64,000 nucleotides of DNA from a virus (taxonomy: Duplodnaviria > Caudoviricetes): IMG/VR virus record IMGVR_UViG_3300037991_001277, positions 1 to 64,000 of that record; one strand, written 5' to 3'. Below, piece after piece: positions 18,000 through 26,605 of the stretch. The notes under the pieces are model-generated. The model was given only the letters and a program-made list of their open reading frames with translations, was not told where the DNA came from and made no database searches. Position 1 is the stretch's first letter, and every line of letters starts with the position of its first letter. A program made the translations under genes and the position numbers.

Positions 18000-19201
18000 T
18001 GGGTAGCATCTTAGTTCGTAAGCAATCGTCTATGCAAATGGGTATGCCAATGCAAATGGGGGGTAGTTCAATGATGCCTATGATGGTGATTGGCTCTCAA
18101 TCTCAAGAAGCACAGCCACAACAGTTTGCTGGTGTAAATCCTCAAGGTATGGCTGGTCTATCACAACACCCAGTAACTGGTGCTTATCAAGCAACACCAA
18201 TTATGGAAACAAAACAAAATGAAGAAGGGGAAATGGTACAAACAGGTAACGAACTTGGTTCGCACCTCGGTGACGAATATGGTGCTCAAGCCCTTAATCA
18301 AATGAATCAAAGAAAACTGAAAGAGGGTCAGACTCGTGCGCCCGATGCTGCCCAAACAGCATTTGAAAGAGGTGCAAAGTATGGTGAGGCCGCTGATAAG
18401 TTCGGTAGAGGATTAGGGAGAGCCGTTGGTGTTCTTTCAGGCTTAGTCTCGCTTGCTAATGCTGGTGCTACTGGTCAAGATGCACTTTCAGGTGGTCTTG
18501 GTGCATATCAAACTGGTCAATTTACTTCTGATACAATGCAGAAACCTTTGGGTGAAGGTCTTGGTGGGGCAGCAGCAAGAATGGCTGGTAGGTCTGTTGG
18601 TGTTCAGAAGCCTAAGCCCGAAGTAGCAGACCCTACTCCTCAAGTCGCAAGCACTACTGAAGAACCTACTGAAGAACAACTCGTAAGTTATCGAGGTAAA
18701 GAGCCAATTATGAGCACGAATATAAGAGATGAGCCAGTTCCGTTCCAATCTCCAATGGCAAGAACTCGTGCGATGCGTGACATTCACGGTGACAGTAAAA
18801 TATTCGGTACAAGAATATCACCTGCTAATACTGTAGAACCGAAAGTAGACCACATGGGTATGCCTCTGCAAGAAGAAAGAGAAGGTGGAATGGTTGCCAT
18901 AGATGGAGGGCCACCCGGTCTTGATGTTGGAGCGAGCACACAACGAGAAATAGCCGCCCAACAAGCGAGAAATGTCAATGTTGCTCCACCTACAACTGAG
19001 TCTACTGAGCCTACTGATGCAGAAGTTGGTAAAGTAATCGGTGCTAATACTGTAGGGGTAAAAGATACCGAAGCAGGTAAGCATATCAAAGAGCAAACAG
19101 ATGCTGCTAAAAAAACTGATACTACAAATCCATCATCTGCATCATCATCATCAAGCAACTTAAAATCTTCTAATCCTATGCGATTCATCGGGGTGGTCTG
19201 A
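17999..19201 (+). CDS. Hypothetical protein with a Gly/Ala-rich hydrophobic segment (possible ejection/pilot-like protein)
   Basis: 400-aa ORF; N-terminus MGSILVRK shared with the upstream gene; GRGLGRAVGVLSGLVSLANAGA. Confidence 0.6.
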   Translation: MGSILVRKQSSMQMGMPMQMGGSSMMPMMVIGSQSQEAQPQQFAGVNPQGMAGLSQHPVTGAYQATPIMETKQNEEGEMVQTGNELGSHLGDEYGAQALNQMNQRKLKEGQTRAPDAAQTAFERGAKYGEAADKFGRGLGRAVGVLSGLVSLANAGATGQDALSGGLGAYQTGQFTSDTMQKPLGEGLGGAAARMAGRSVGVQKPKPEVADPTPQVASTTEEPTEEQLVSYRGKEPIMSTNIRDEPVPFQSPMARTRAMRDIHGDSKIFGTRISPANTVEPKVDHMGMPLQEEREGGMVAIDGGPPGLDVGASTQREIAAQQARNVNVAPPTTESTEPTDAEVGKVIGANTVGVKDTEAGKHIKEQTDAAKKTDTTNPSSASSSSSNLKSSNPMRFIGVV

Positions 19202-20685
19202 TGAGCAAGCGTGAAGAAGAAGCACAAATGAAAGAACTTATTGTTGAGATGGACATTAATATGTCTAAGCGTTCTTTCAAGTATTTTTTTGAAACAGTGC
19301 TAGGATTTGACTACGCTGACCACCACGCTCAGTGGGATGAAGGTTTGAAAGAGAACCGATACTACTGTGTCAAAGCGTCTCGTGACCACGGTAAATCTGT
19401 ATTCTTTATGTCCTATGCTCTTTGGATAGCAGCGTTCAATCCCAATACCCACATCATGGTTTTCAGTCACTCTCTTGAACAGACACTAGAACATATGCGT
19501 TTTATTCGTAACAACATAGATGGTGCTGCTTGTCTACATCATCTAAAGCCCGGTGGTATACCGTGGAGAAAGACCTACTTTGAGTTCACTAACGGTAGTC
19601 GTATTATGGCAAAATCGGTTGGCGGAGGTACTCGTGGTTTCCACCCTGATGTTGTAGTATGTGACGATATTCTATGGGGTACTACTGGTAGTGAACTTCA
19701 GCGTGCAGCCGACTGGTTCTATGGTGTTCTATTACCAGTTCTCCACCACACAGGAAAAATGATGATGGTAGGAACTCCGTTCAGTTACAATGATTTGTAC
19801 GCTGAACTTGAGAAGAAAGAGACATTCCAAGTGGAGACATACCCTGCTATCAATCGAGAAGGTGAACCACTTTGGCCTGAGCGTTGGAGTCTTGAAGCAC
19901 TAGAGCAAAGACGACTATCTATGCCAGCGATTCAGTTTACTCGTGAATATCTTTGTGAGCCAATTCACGATGTAGCAAGTATGTTCCCAATGACAATATT
20001 AGAAAAGGCTCGTGACGAAAATCTAGTTCTACTTGACCATGCTGAACATGAATATGACGAAGATGGGAATAGCATGGGCTTGTTTGGTCAGCACTTCATC
20101 GGCTGGGACACAGCGATTGCATCTGATAAGAATGCTGACTTTACTGCTATGACTGTACTGCGTACTATACCTGATGATAATGTCAAACAAATTGTTGGCA
20201 TAGTGCATGAGCGTGGTATGAGTTCTGTAGCGCAGAAGCGTCAGATTATTCTATTAAATCAAAGATTCCAACCTGATTTAATTGAACTTGAAGGTAACAA
20301 CTTTCAGCGTATGTTCGCTATGGAACTCAAAGAAATGCGTGAAGATATTCCTATCAGAACCTTTATGACAACCAAGACAAGAAAGGAAAGCCTCTTCATG
20401 TCTCTACTCATGGCTTTTGAACAGGGGCAAATCAAGACACCATACGGTAACGAAAAAAGTAGACAATTTACACATAAGTTAGAAGAGGAATTGAACAGAT
20501 TTGGAATGCAGAAAAACGGTAGACTAGAGAGCGTAGGAGTACACGATGACTTGGCTATGTCTCTTGCTCTAGCAAACTGGGGTACAAAAGAGTTCAAAGG
20601 CTCTATTGTCTTGCTTGATGACATATTACCCGGTCTTGATAACATTATAACAGGTAAACCAAATAACGGGTGGATGATACCATGA
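19201..20685 (+). CDS. terL: Terminase large subunit
   Basis: Walker A ASRDHGKS, Walker B VVVCDD, coupling motif VGTP, LWPERW, RNase H-like GWDTA...ADFTA and HDDLAMSLALA. Confidence 0.95.
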   Translation: MSKREEEAQMKELIVEMDINMSKRSFKYFFETVLGFDYADHHAQWDEGLKENRYYCVKASRDHGKSVFFMSYALWIAAFNPNTHIMVFSHSLEQTLEHMRFIRNNIDGAACLHHLKPGGIPWRKTYFEFTNGSRIMAKSVGGGTRGFHPDVVVCDDILWGTTGSELQRAADWFYGVLLPVLHHTGKMMMVGTPFSYNDLYAELEKKETFQVETYPAINREGEPLWPERWSLEALEQRRLSMPAIQFTREYLCEPIHDVASMFPMTILEKARDENLVLLDHAEHEYDEDGNSMGLFGQHFIGWDTAIASDKNADFTAMTVLRTIPDDNVKQIVGIVHERGMSSVAQKRQIILLNQRFQPDLIELEGNNFQRMFAMELKEMREDIPIRTFMTTKTRKESLFMSLLMAFEQGQIKTPYGNEKSRQFTHKLEEELNRFGMQKNGRLESVGVHDDLAMSLALANWGTKEFKGSIVLLDDILPGLDNIITGKPNNGWMIP

Positions 20686-20954
20686 AAGAAAGTAAAGTAG
20701 GCGGAAAGAAACACGGAATGGTACTAATCATTTCAGTTGGTAAAAAAGGTGACAAAGACCCTACTCATGCTGCTGACCCTGATACAAAAAAGAAGGCTCT
20801 ACCAATTCCACCTGAAGTTCTCCAAACAGGTCTTTTAGCAGGGCTTGGTGGTGCTGCCGTTGGTCATTTCATGGCATGGCTAACAAATAGAATGGATGCT
20901 CGCTCAACAGCAGGTTACACTCAAACAGAAGAGGGGTGGGAAAGAAATGAGTGA
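20682..20954 (+). CDS. Small hypothetical protein with one hydrophobic segment
   Basis: ATGA overlap with the terL stop; GLLAGLGGAAVGHFMAWL. Confidence 0.55.
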   Translation: MKESKVGGKKHGMVLIISVGKKGDKDPTHAADPDTKKKALPIPPEVLQTGLLAGLGGAAVGHFMAWLTNRMDARSTAGYTQTEEGWERNE

Positions 20955-21861
20955 TGTAAAACTCTACGAAGTTGGCCCTCGTGACGGTCTACAAAACATC
21001 GAAGAGTTTACTCCTACTTCTGATAAAATTGATTTGATAAATCGCCTTTACCACGCTGGTCTAAAGGAAATGGAAATCACATCTTTTGTGCATCCTAAAC
21101 TTGTACCTAATATGGCTGATGCAGAAGAGGTATTTACTGCAACTCAAGACATTGGTAATTTTGCTACTCTTGTACCAAATCAAAAGGGAATGGATAGAGC
21201 ATTGGCCGTTGGTGCTGAAAAAATCAATGTATTCTTTTCTGCGTCTGAGTTCTTTAACAAAGCAAACTTAGGAAAAAGCATGGATGATATAATCGCAGAA
21301 CTTGACGCTATGCTACAGGAGACAGACCCAAAAAATGTCAGGGCTTACATTTCATGTGCTTTTGGTGCTCCTAATGAAAAAGTAGACGAGCATAAATTGT
21401 TAGAAGCCATGCAAGCAGCACAACATATGGGTGACACTGTTGTGTTATGCGACACCATAGGTAAAGCCCACCCTTCTCTTATTCATCGAACTCTTGAATT
21501 ATCAAGACACATTGATTCTGAAATAGCATTACATCTCCATCACAAGGCTGACAAGAAAGACAATATGTTCCCAAATATTCAAAGTGCTTTGGACTGGGGT
21601 ATTACCCAGTTTGATACAAGCATTGGTGGTCTAGGTGGTTGCCCCTTCATACCGGGTAGCGGTAGTAATCTTTCAACAAACGACATGGTACGCTTTTTAC
21701 ACAAGAATGAATATGAAACTGGACTCGATATTTTTGAGTTAAATCAGATTGCTCAAATCTATTCTCCTAAGCAAGTTGAGCCTCGTACTCCAATTCGATT
21801 GCGAGTAAAAAATAGGCTTGAGGAACTCTTCAGTAAAAACCCTGTAAGTAGCAAATGGTAA
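20947..21861 (+). CDS. hmgL: Hydroxymethylglutaryl-CoA lyase (DRE-TIM metallolyase), candidate auxiliary metabolic gene
   Basis: YEVGPRDGLQN, TSFVHPK.VP.MADA, LCDTIG.A.P, LHLH, GGLGGCPF.PG.G.NLST.D; ATG 20947 is the likely start. Confidence 0.9.
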   Translation: MSDVKLYEVGPRDGLQNIEEFTPTSDKIDLINRLYHAGLKEMEITSFVHPKLVPNMADAEEVFTATQDIGNFATLVPNQKGMDRALAVGAEKINVFFSASEFFNKANLGKSMDDIIAELDAMLQETDPKNVRAYISCAFGAPNEKVDEHKLLEAMQAAQHMGDTVVLCDTIGKAHPSLIHRTLELSRHIDSEIALHLHHKADKKDNMFPNIQSALDWGITQFDTSIGGLGGCPFIPGSGSNLSTNDMVRFLHKNEYETGLDIFELNQIAQIYSPKQVEPRTPIRLRVKNRLEELFSKNPVSSKW

Positions 21862-21885
21862 ATAGGTCAATAAGGAGGTCAAATT

Positions 21886-23118
21886 ATGTGGGGGTCAGCA
21901 TTGATTGAAGATGACTTCGGAGAAGTCGTTTCGTTTACCCCTGTTTCCGATGGAGAGGCTACACCAATTAAGAAGCAACATCGCTTTGCTCCAAATGGAG
22001 ATGGTTGGTTTGAAGCAACACTTGGTTGTAATGCTGAGACACTTGTAAAGCGTCTACGAAAAGCAAGAAGAGGTAACAAAGACAATCGAAGTGACATTGA
22101 TAACTTCATTGATGATATTAGAATGATAAAATCTCTTGAGACAGATATGACAATCCAAAATCTATCTTGGAGCGATGGTTATGAAAATACCATTAAACAA
22201 CTTGGACTTAGTGACCGTAAACTCAAGAGTCTGAGAAAGTTTGGCGAATCTCGCTGTGTTAATCTTGAGAGAGCCTGTATAATGTGGGATAACGCTGAGG
22301 CGACTTTGAAAATGTTAGACGAGCATGAAGATGTTTGGGGAGTCGAAGAGCAACAGGCTTGGGCGGGTGCTATGAAAGATAGAAGCGAAGCCCGTAAAAT
22401 GTGGACTACTACTCTACAGCCTATTGATAAACTAACTAAAGCCGAGCAAGACTTCTTGCATTTTGCTGCTGAAGAATTAATGCGAAAAGGGCCAATGAAA
22501 GTCACTACTATACGCAGTAACTTTTCTGATGCTGGGATGTTAAAGAAATCTCAGACCGATAGAAAACTTACGACTCTTATGAATATGTACGGAGAAAATG
22601 TAGATATTGTTAAGGGGGCAGTAAGAGGCACATATGTTGTAATTTCTAGCGATGGTTTAGTTATGAAAGATGTATGGTCTTACAGTGCTGGGTTCATTGA
22701 CGCTGATGGTTACATCACTATTACTGAGCGTGGTGAACCTCGTGCTGGTATGATTGCTACTGGTGATAGAGGAAAAGTACACTGTGAAGATTTATTCAAG
22801 ACACTTGACTGTGGTGTATTATCAGTAGATAACAAGGTCTACAAAGATTCACAAAGAAGCCAGCACCGATTACAATTTTACTCTAAGGCTGATTTACGAA
22901 AGTTACTTGATGGGGTGTCTCCCCACCTCAAGATGAAGTCTGTTCAAGCAAAGGCTGTTCTAGCCTATCTTGATGAAAAAGATAAAACTCGTAAAGAAGA
23001 ACTCAAGCGATTAGTAAGGTATGAGAATTGGAAAGACGATAGGAAAAAATCTCGTGCTTTGTTAGATGGTTGGGGTATTGATGCTGACACAATTGGAAAA
23101 TATAGGGAGGGTCTATGA
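21886..23118 (+). CDS. Protein with a C-terminal LAGLIDADG endonuclease domain and a long helical N-terminal region
   Basis: YSAGFIDADGYITI followed by a typical LAGLIDADG beta region and ..PHLKMKSVQAKAVL; GGAGG RBS. Confidence 0.8.
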   Translation: MWGSALIEDDFGEVVSFTPVSDGEATPIKKQHRFAPNGDGWFEATLGCNAETLVKRLRKARRGNKDNRSDIDNFIDDIRMIKSLETDMTIQNLSWSDGYENTIKQLGLSDRKLKSLRKFGESRCVNLERACIMWDNAEATLKMLDEHEDVWGVEEQQAWAGAMKDRSEARKMWTTTLQPIDKLTKAEQDFLHFAAEELMRKGPMKVTTIRSNFSDAGMLKKSQTDRKLTTLMNMYGENVDIVKGAVRGTYVVISSDGLVMKDVWSYSAGFIDADGYITITERGEPRAGMIATGDRGKVHCEDLFKTLDCGVLSVDNKVYKDSQRSQHRLQFYSKADLRKLLDGVSPHLKMKSVQAKAVLAYLDEKDKTRKEELKRLVRYENWKDDRKKSRALLDGWGIDADTIGKYREGL

Positions 23119-24881
23119 TGGCTGAAGAAAAAGAAGGTATTGTCAGTCGTTTCCTCTCTACATTAGCGAGTCCTTTCAGAAGAAGGACTACGCCTCAGCC
23201 TCAGATGCCATTGTATACTACTGGTATACAAGAGCCAGTATTAGCACAAGGTATCACTCTCCCAGCACTTTATGCTGTATCAAATGAAAATCTTATTCTC
23301 AGAACTGTCATAACAAAACTTGGTCAAGAGATATTCCGTAGAGGTTACTTTTGGGAGAAGAAGTTCCGTAAGAAGTGTATTGAATGTGAAGAGGAGTTCC
23401 AACATGAAGTTACTGAGTGTAACTCCTGTGGTGGTCAAGTTCGTGACCCTGACCCTGAGCAGGTAGTCTATGCCAAGTGGTTGTTACAACAACAGAACTC
23501 TATGGAGCAAAGTTTCATGCAAGTATTGCATGAAGTTGAGCGTGATTTGAATATTGTAGATGATGCATTCCTTTTGATGATTAAAGAGTATTATGTCGAT
23601 GAAAAGACTGGAGAAGTGCAGTTTTACAGAATCAAAGAGTTAATTCGTGGTGACCCTATTTTTATGCGAATCATCGCTGACAAGAGAGGTGTCCGTGGTG
23701 GTAGATACAAGATTTGTCGCATTCACCGTGACCAAGTTGCATATCCCGGTCAAGAGCCAAAATGTCAAGTCTGTGGTTCTCGTTTAGTTGATGCTCACTA
23801 TGTCAATATGGCTGGGTCGGGTAAGAATCAATACTTTATGAAAGGTGAAGTGCTTCACATATCAAAGTATAATCCCGGTAAATTGTATGGTCGTGCTCCA
23901 GTAAACACTCTTTGGCGACAAGCCATGACACTGACTGCTATGGATAATTACATCTATACAGCCTATCAAAAGCGTAGGATTCCAAAAGGTATAGTGAGTG
24001 TAACCACAGACAATCTTGAGTCAATGAAGTCTTTTTGGAAAGGCGTTGATGAAAAGATGGAGCGTGACCCTCACTATATTCCAAAAGTTGGTATTGAGTC
24101 AGCATCGGGTCGTGGTGGTGTAAATTGGATTAAGTTCATGGACACCCTTGAAGAAATGCAATACATCGCTGTGCGTGATGAAATTAGAAATCGTATTGCT
24201 GCCTTCTATGGTGTATCTTCAATCTTTATGATTGACAACGGTAAGGCTGGTGGTTTGAATAACGAAGGTCTACAGATTCTTGTAACAAATCGTGCAGTAG
24301 AATACGGTCAGAAAGTGTATACTGAAGTCTTATTCCCTCGTATGCTCAAAGAGTTAGATGTTACAGATTGGAAACTAACTCTCTATCCAAACGAAGAAGA
24401 AGATGAAATCACTAGATTGCGAAGAGATGAGATGGAGGTTAATCTTGCTCAGCGCATGGCTATGCTTGGCTACAAACCTGAACTAATGGAGGAGGGCGAG
24501 CGTGATATTCGATTTATATATCGAAAACAAGAAGAGCAACAGGCTGCTCAACAAGCAGGTGGAATGCCACAGGGCGGTATGCCACCCGGAGGAGGAATGC
24601 CACCCGGAGGAGGTGTACCCCCTCAAATGATGCAAGGTGGTAGAATGCCTCCTCAAATGATGCAGGGCAGACAAAGTATGCCACCAGTTATGCCACCATC
24701 TCAACCGGGTGGTGAAGGTATGGGTATTCGGACTCCACGCTCACCAGCAAGACCTCAACAAAGAGCGACACCGGGAGCAGGTGCTCCAGTAAGTAGTGTT
24801 CAACAGAGAGGGTTACCACCTACTCTTCCACAGCAAAACTCACAAAGACTACAAGCCAGTCGAAGGCTTAGAGGACAGTAA
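23115..24881 (+). CDS. Portal protein with zinc-ribbon insertions and a P/G/Q/M-rich tail
   Basis: Lies between TerL and the protease; DLNIVDDAFL, EVLHISKYNP..LYGRAP, RNRIAAFYGV motifs; CIEC...CNSC and CRIH...CQVC. Confidence 0.85.
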   Translation: MMAEEKEGIVSRFLSTLASPFRRRTTPQPQMPLYTTGIQEPVLAQGITLPALYAVSNENLILRTVITKLGQEIFRRGYFWEKKFRKKCIECEEEFQHEVTECNSCGGQVRDPDPEQVVYAKWLLQQQNSMEQSFMQVLHEVERDLNIVDDAFLLMIKEYYVDEKTGEVQFYRIKELIRGDPIFMRIIADKRGVRGGRYKICRIHRDQVAYPGQEPKCQVCGSRLVDAHYVNMAGSGKNQYFMKGEVLHISKYNPGKLYGRAPVNTLWRQAMTLTAMDNYIYTAYQKRRIPKGIVSVTTDNLESMKSFWKGVDEKMERDPHYIPKVGIESASGRGGVNWIKFMDTLEEMQYIAVRDEIRNRIAAFYGVSSIFMIDNGKAGGLNNEGLQILVTNRAVEYGQKVYTEVLFPRMLKELDVTDWKLTLYPNEEEDEITRLRRDEMEVNLAQRMAMLGYKPELMEEGERDIRFIYRKQEEQQAAQQAGGMPQGGMPPGGGMPPGGGVPPQMMQGGRMPPQMMQGRQSMPPVMPPSQPGGEGMGIRTPRSPARPQQRATPGAGAPVSSVQQRGLPPTLPQQNSQRLQASRRLRGQ

Positions 24882-24926
24882 GGCTATTTAGGGTGGTATT
24901 GCTACGAGTACAGTAGAGGCGAGACT

Positions 24927-25274
24927 ATGGACTTACTGAAAATGAATCCTATGGCTAGAAAACTAACTGTTCACACAGATGCATTTAACAAAGCATTAGA
25001 GAGCAGTGACCCGTTTGCTGCTCAGCAACATCTTAATGAAATCCTAAAGTTTGCTGGATTTTTGAATGATGATATTCATTCGGCTATCAAAAAATCACAA
25101 AAAGAAGTTGCAGTTGTTCAACCGGGCGAATCAACTCTAATGAAGATGAATGAAAGTGGTGCTAGATTTAATCTTGCACAAAGAAGTGACATACTACCGG
25201 GAACAATTATTTCAGGTCGTGTAGGTCGAGGATTCAAGAAGCATACTGGTACTTTTGGTCGTTATTCTCAATAA
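24927..25274 (+). CDS. Hypothetical head-module protein
   Basis: 115-aa ORF; MDLLKM start; GAGG RBS. Confidence 0.65.
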   Translation: MDLLKMNPMARKLTVHTDAFNKALESSDPFAAQQHLNEILKFAGFLNDDIHSAIKKSQKEVAVVQPGESTLMKMNESGARFNLAQRSDILPGTIISGRVGRGFKKHTGTFGRYSQ

Positions 25275-25283
25275 GGTGATTAA

Positions 25284-25631
25284 ATGGCTGAAGAATCTGT
25301 CGCTGAGCGTTTGATGAATGCTTTGGTAACAAAAATGGAGTCAATGGATAATGACCTTCAAGTTTTGAAATCAGAAAACATACAACTTAAACAGGCTTTA
25401 CAAAATCCTATTTCTATGCTTAGAAAGGCAGGGTTTGTAGCAACTATGACTCCTTTGAGTCAAGATGTTGAAACAGATGCATTTAGAGGCGACATTGGAG
25501 TTGGCACAAACGATGACTCTGCTCTTTTGAAAAGCCAAAACGAATACACAAATAATGAGATTCACTTAATGTCTTGGGAGGAGATTCACGAAATGGCCGA
25601 ACAAGCAAAATCAACAGAGGTGACACAATGA
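25284..25631 (+). CDS. Small scaffold-like protein: coiled coil plus the MSWEEIH motif shared with the protease-scaffold C-terminus
   Basis: N-terminal coiled coil; C-terminal LMSWEEIHEMA versus NMSWEEVHQLA in 32119..33510. Confidence 0.6.
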   Translation: MAEESVAERLMNALVTKMESMDNDLQVLKSENIQLKQALQNPISMLRKAGFVATMTPLSQDVETDAFRGDIGVGTNDDSALLKSQNEYTNNEIHLMSWEEIHEMAEQAKSTEVTQ

Positions 25632-26593
25632 AGCCGATACCATCCCCAATGAGCCGAGAAGCGTTTGACTTAATGAACAAAGCACAGTATCTTTCTGAGC
25701 GTATAGACATGCTTGAAAAGGAAAAATGTCCTAAATGTGAAAACACAAAAATGGGCTGCGCTAAAATGGGCTGCGGTGGTAAAATGGAAAAAGGGCTTGA
25801 GATGGTCGAGCACGAAGGTAAGAAAGTTCCTAAGTTTGCCGCTGATGGTAAAGGTGCAAAAGACATGAAGGCAAAGGCTGACATGGCTACTAAAGACAAA
25901 TATTGTATGAAGAACTTTGGCAAGAAATATTCTGAGTGTTCTGATAAGCAAAAAGCACAGTGCGATAAAGCGCATGGTAAGGCTGACAAAGATGACAAAA
26001 TGAAAGGTGACACATTCACAATCGCTGATGCTCAAAGAGAAAACGCAGGTGTTTTGCCGGACTCCCCACCACCTAGAACATCTCCTATGGCGTATGAGAG
26101 AATGAGGCAAAGAATGGGAGGAAATACTCCATCTGAATTAGAAGAGACTGAAACCCCCATTGGTAGGTCTACAGGTGACACTATACCATTGAGTGAAGGT
26201 AAAACTCGTGACCAAAAGCGTGGCGTGCGTGGTCGTGGAGTGAAAGTATTCAGAAGGCCGGGAGAAGAGAGTCCTAAGAGAATGTCTCCTGAACAGAGAA
26301 ACCCACCAAAAGAAGTTGCTAAATCAATAGAAGCAGGTAGCCAACCCGGATTTATTACGGCTTACGATTCAACACCTCAAGGTGTTATGTTTATGTCTGA
26401 AACTGGTGGTCAGACAAGAAACGCCTACTATACTACAAATCAATATCCATACAATGCTGAAGATGTTACCAACAAAGGTGCTACATCGGTACAAGTTAGT
26501 CTTGACAGATTGGCCGCTATGTTAAACCCACATGAAGGTGGCGGAGTAAGTCGTCTTGATAACAACGGGGTTTTGAGCAACAACCCCTATTGA
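25628..26593 (+). CDS. Hypothetical K/M/C-rich head-module protein with a tag-like N-terminus
   Basis: ATG 25628 after GAGGTGA (track start 25574); SPMSREAFDLMNKA; repeated MEK/MK sites. Confidence 0.65.
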   Translation: MKPIPSPMSREAFDLMNKAQYLSERIDMLEKEKCPKCENTKMGCAKMGCGGKMEKGLEMVEHEGKKVPKFAADGKGAKDMKAKADMATKDKYCMKNFGKKYSECSDKQKAQCDKAHGKADKDDKMKGDTFTIADAQRENAGVLPDSPPPRTSPMAYERMRQRMGGNTPSELEETETPIGRSTGDTIPLSEGKTRDQKRGVRGRGVKVFRRPGEESPKRMSPEQRNPPKEVAKSIEAGSQPGFITAYDSTPQGVMFMSETGGQTRNAYYTTNQYPYNAEDVTNKGATSVQVSLDRLAAMLNPHEGGGVSRLDNNGVLSNNPY

Positions 26594-26605
26594 GGGGGTC
26601 TTTGA

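Noticed and set aside
21886-23118. Intein or group I intron associated with the LAGLIDADG domain
   Set aside because: No intein N- or C-terminal splice residues; the flanking genes (hmgL, portal, terL) appear uninterrupted.
24540-24720. GGAATGCCACCCGGAGGA and CCTCAAATGATGCA repeats
   Set aside because: They encode the low-complexity GGMPP/PQMMQ portal tail; there is no sign of an independent DNA element.
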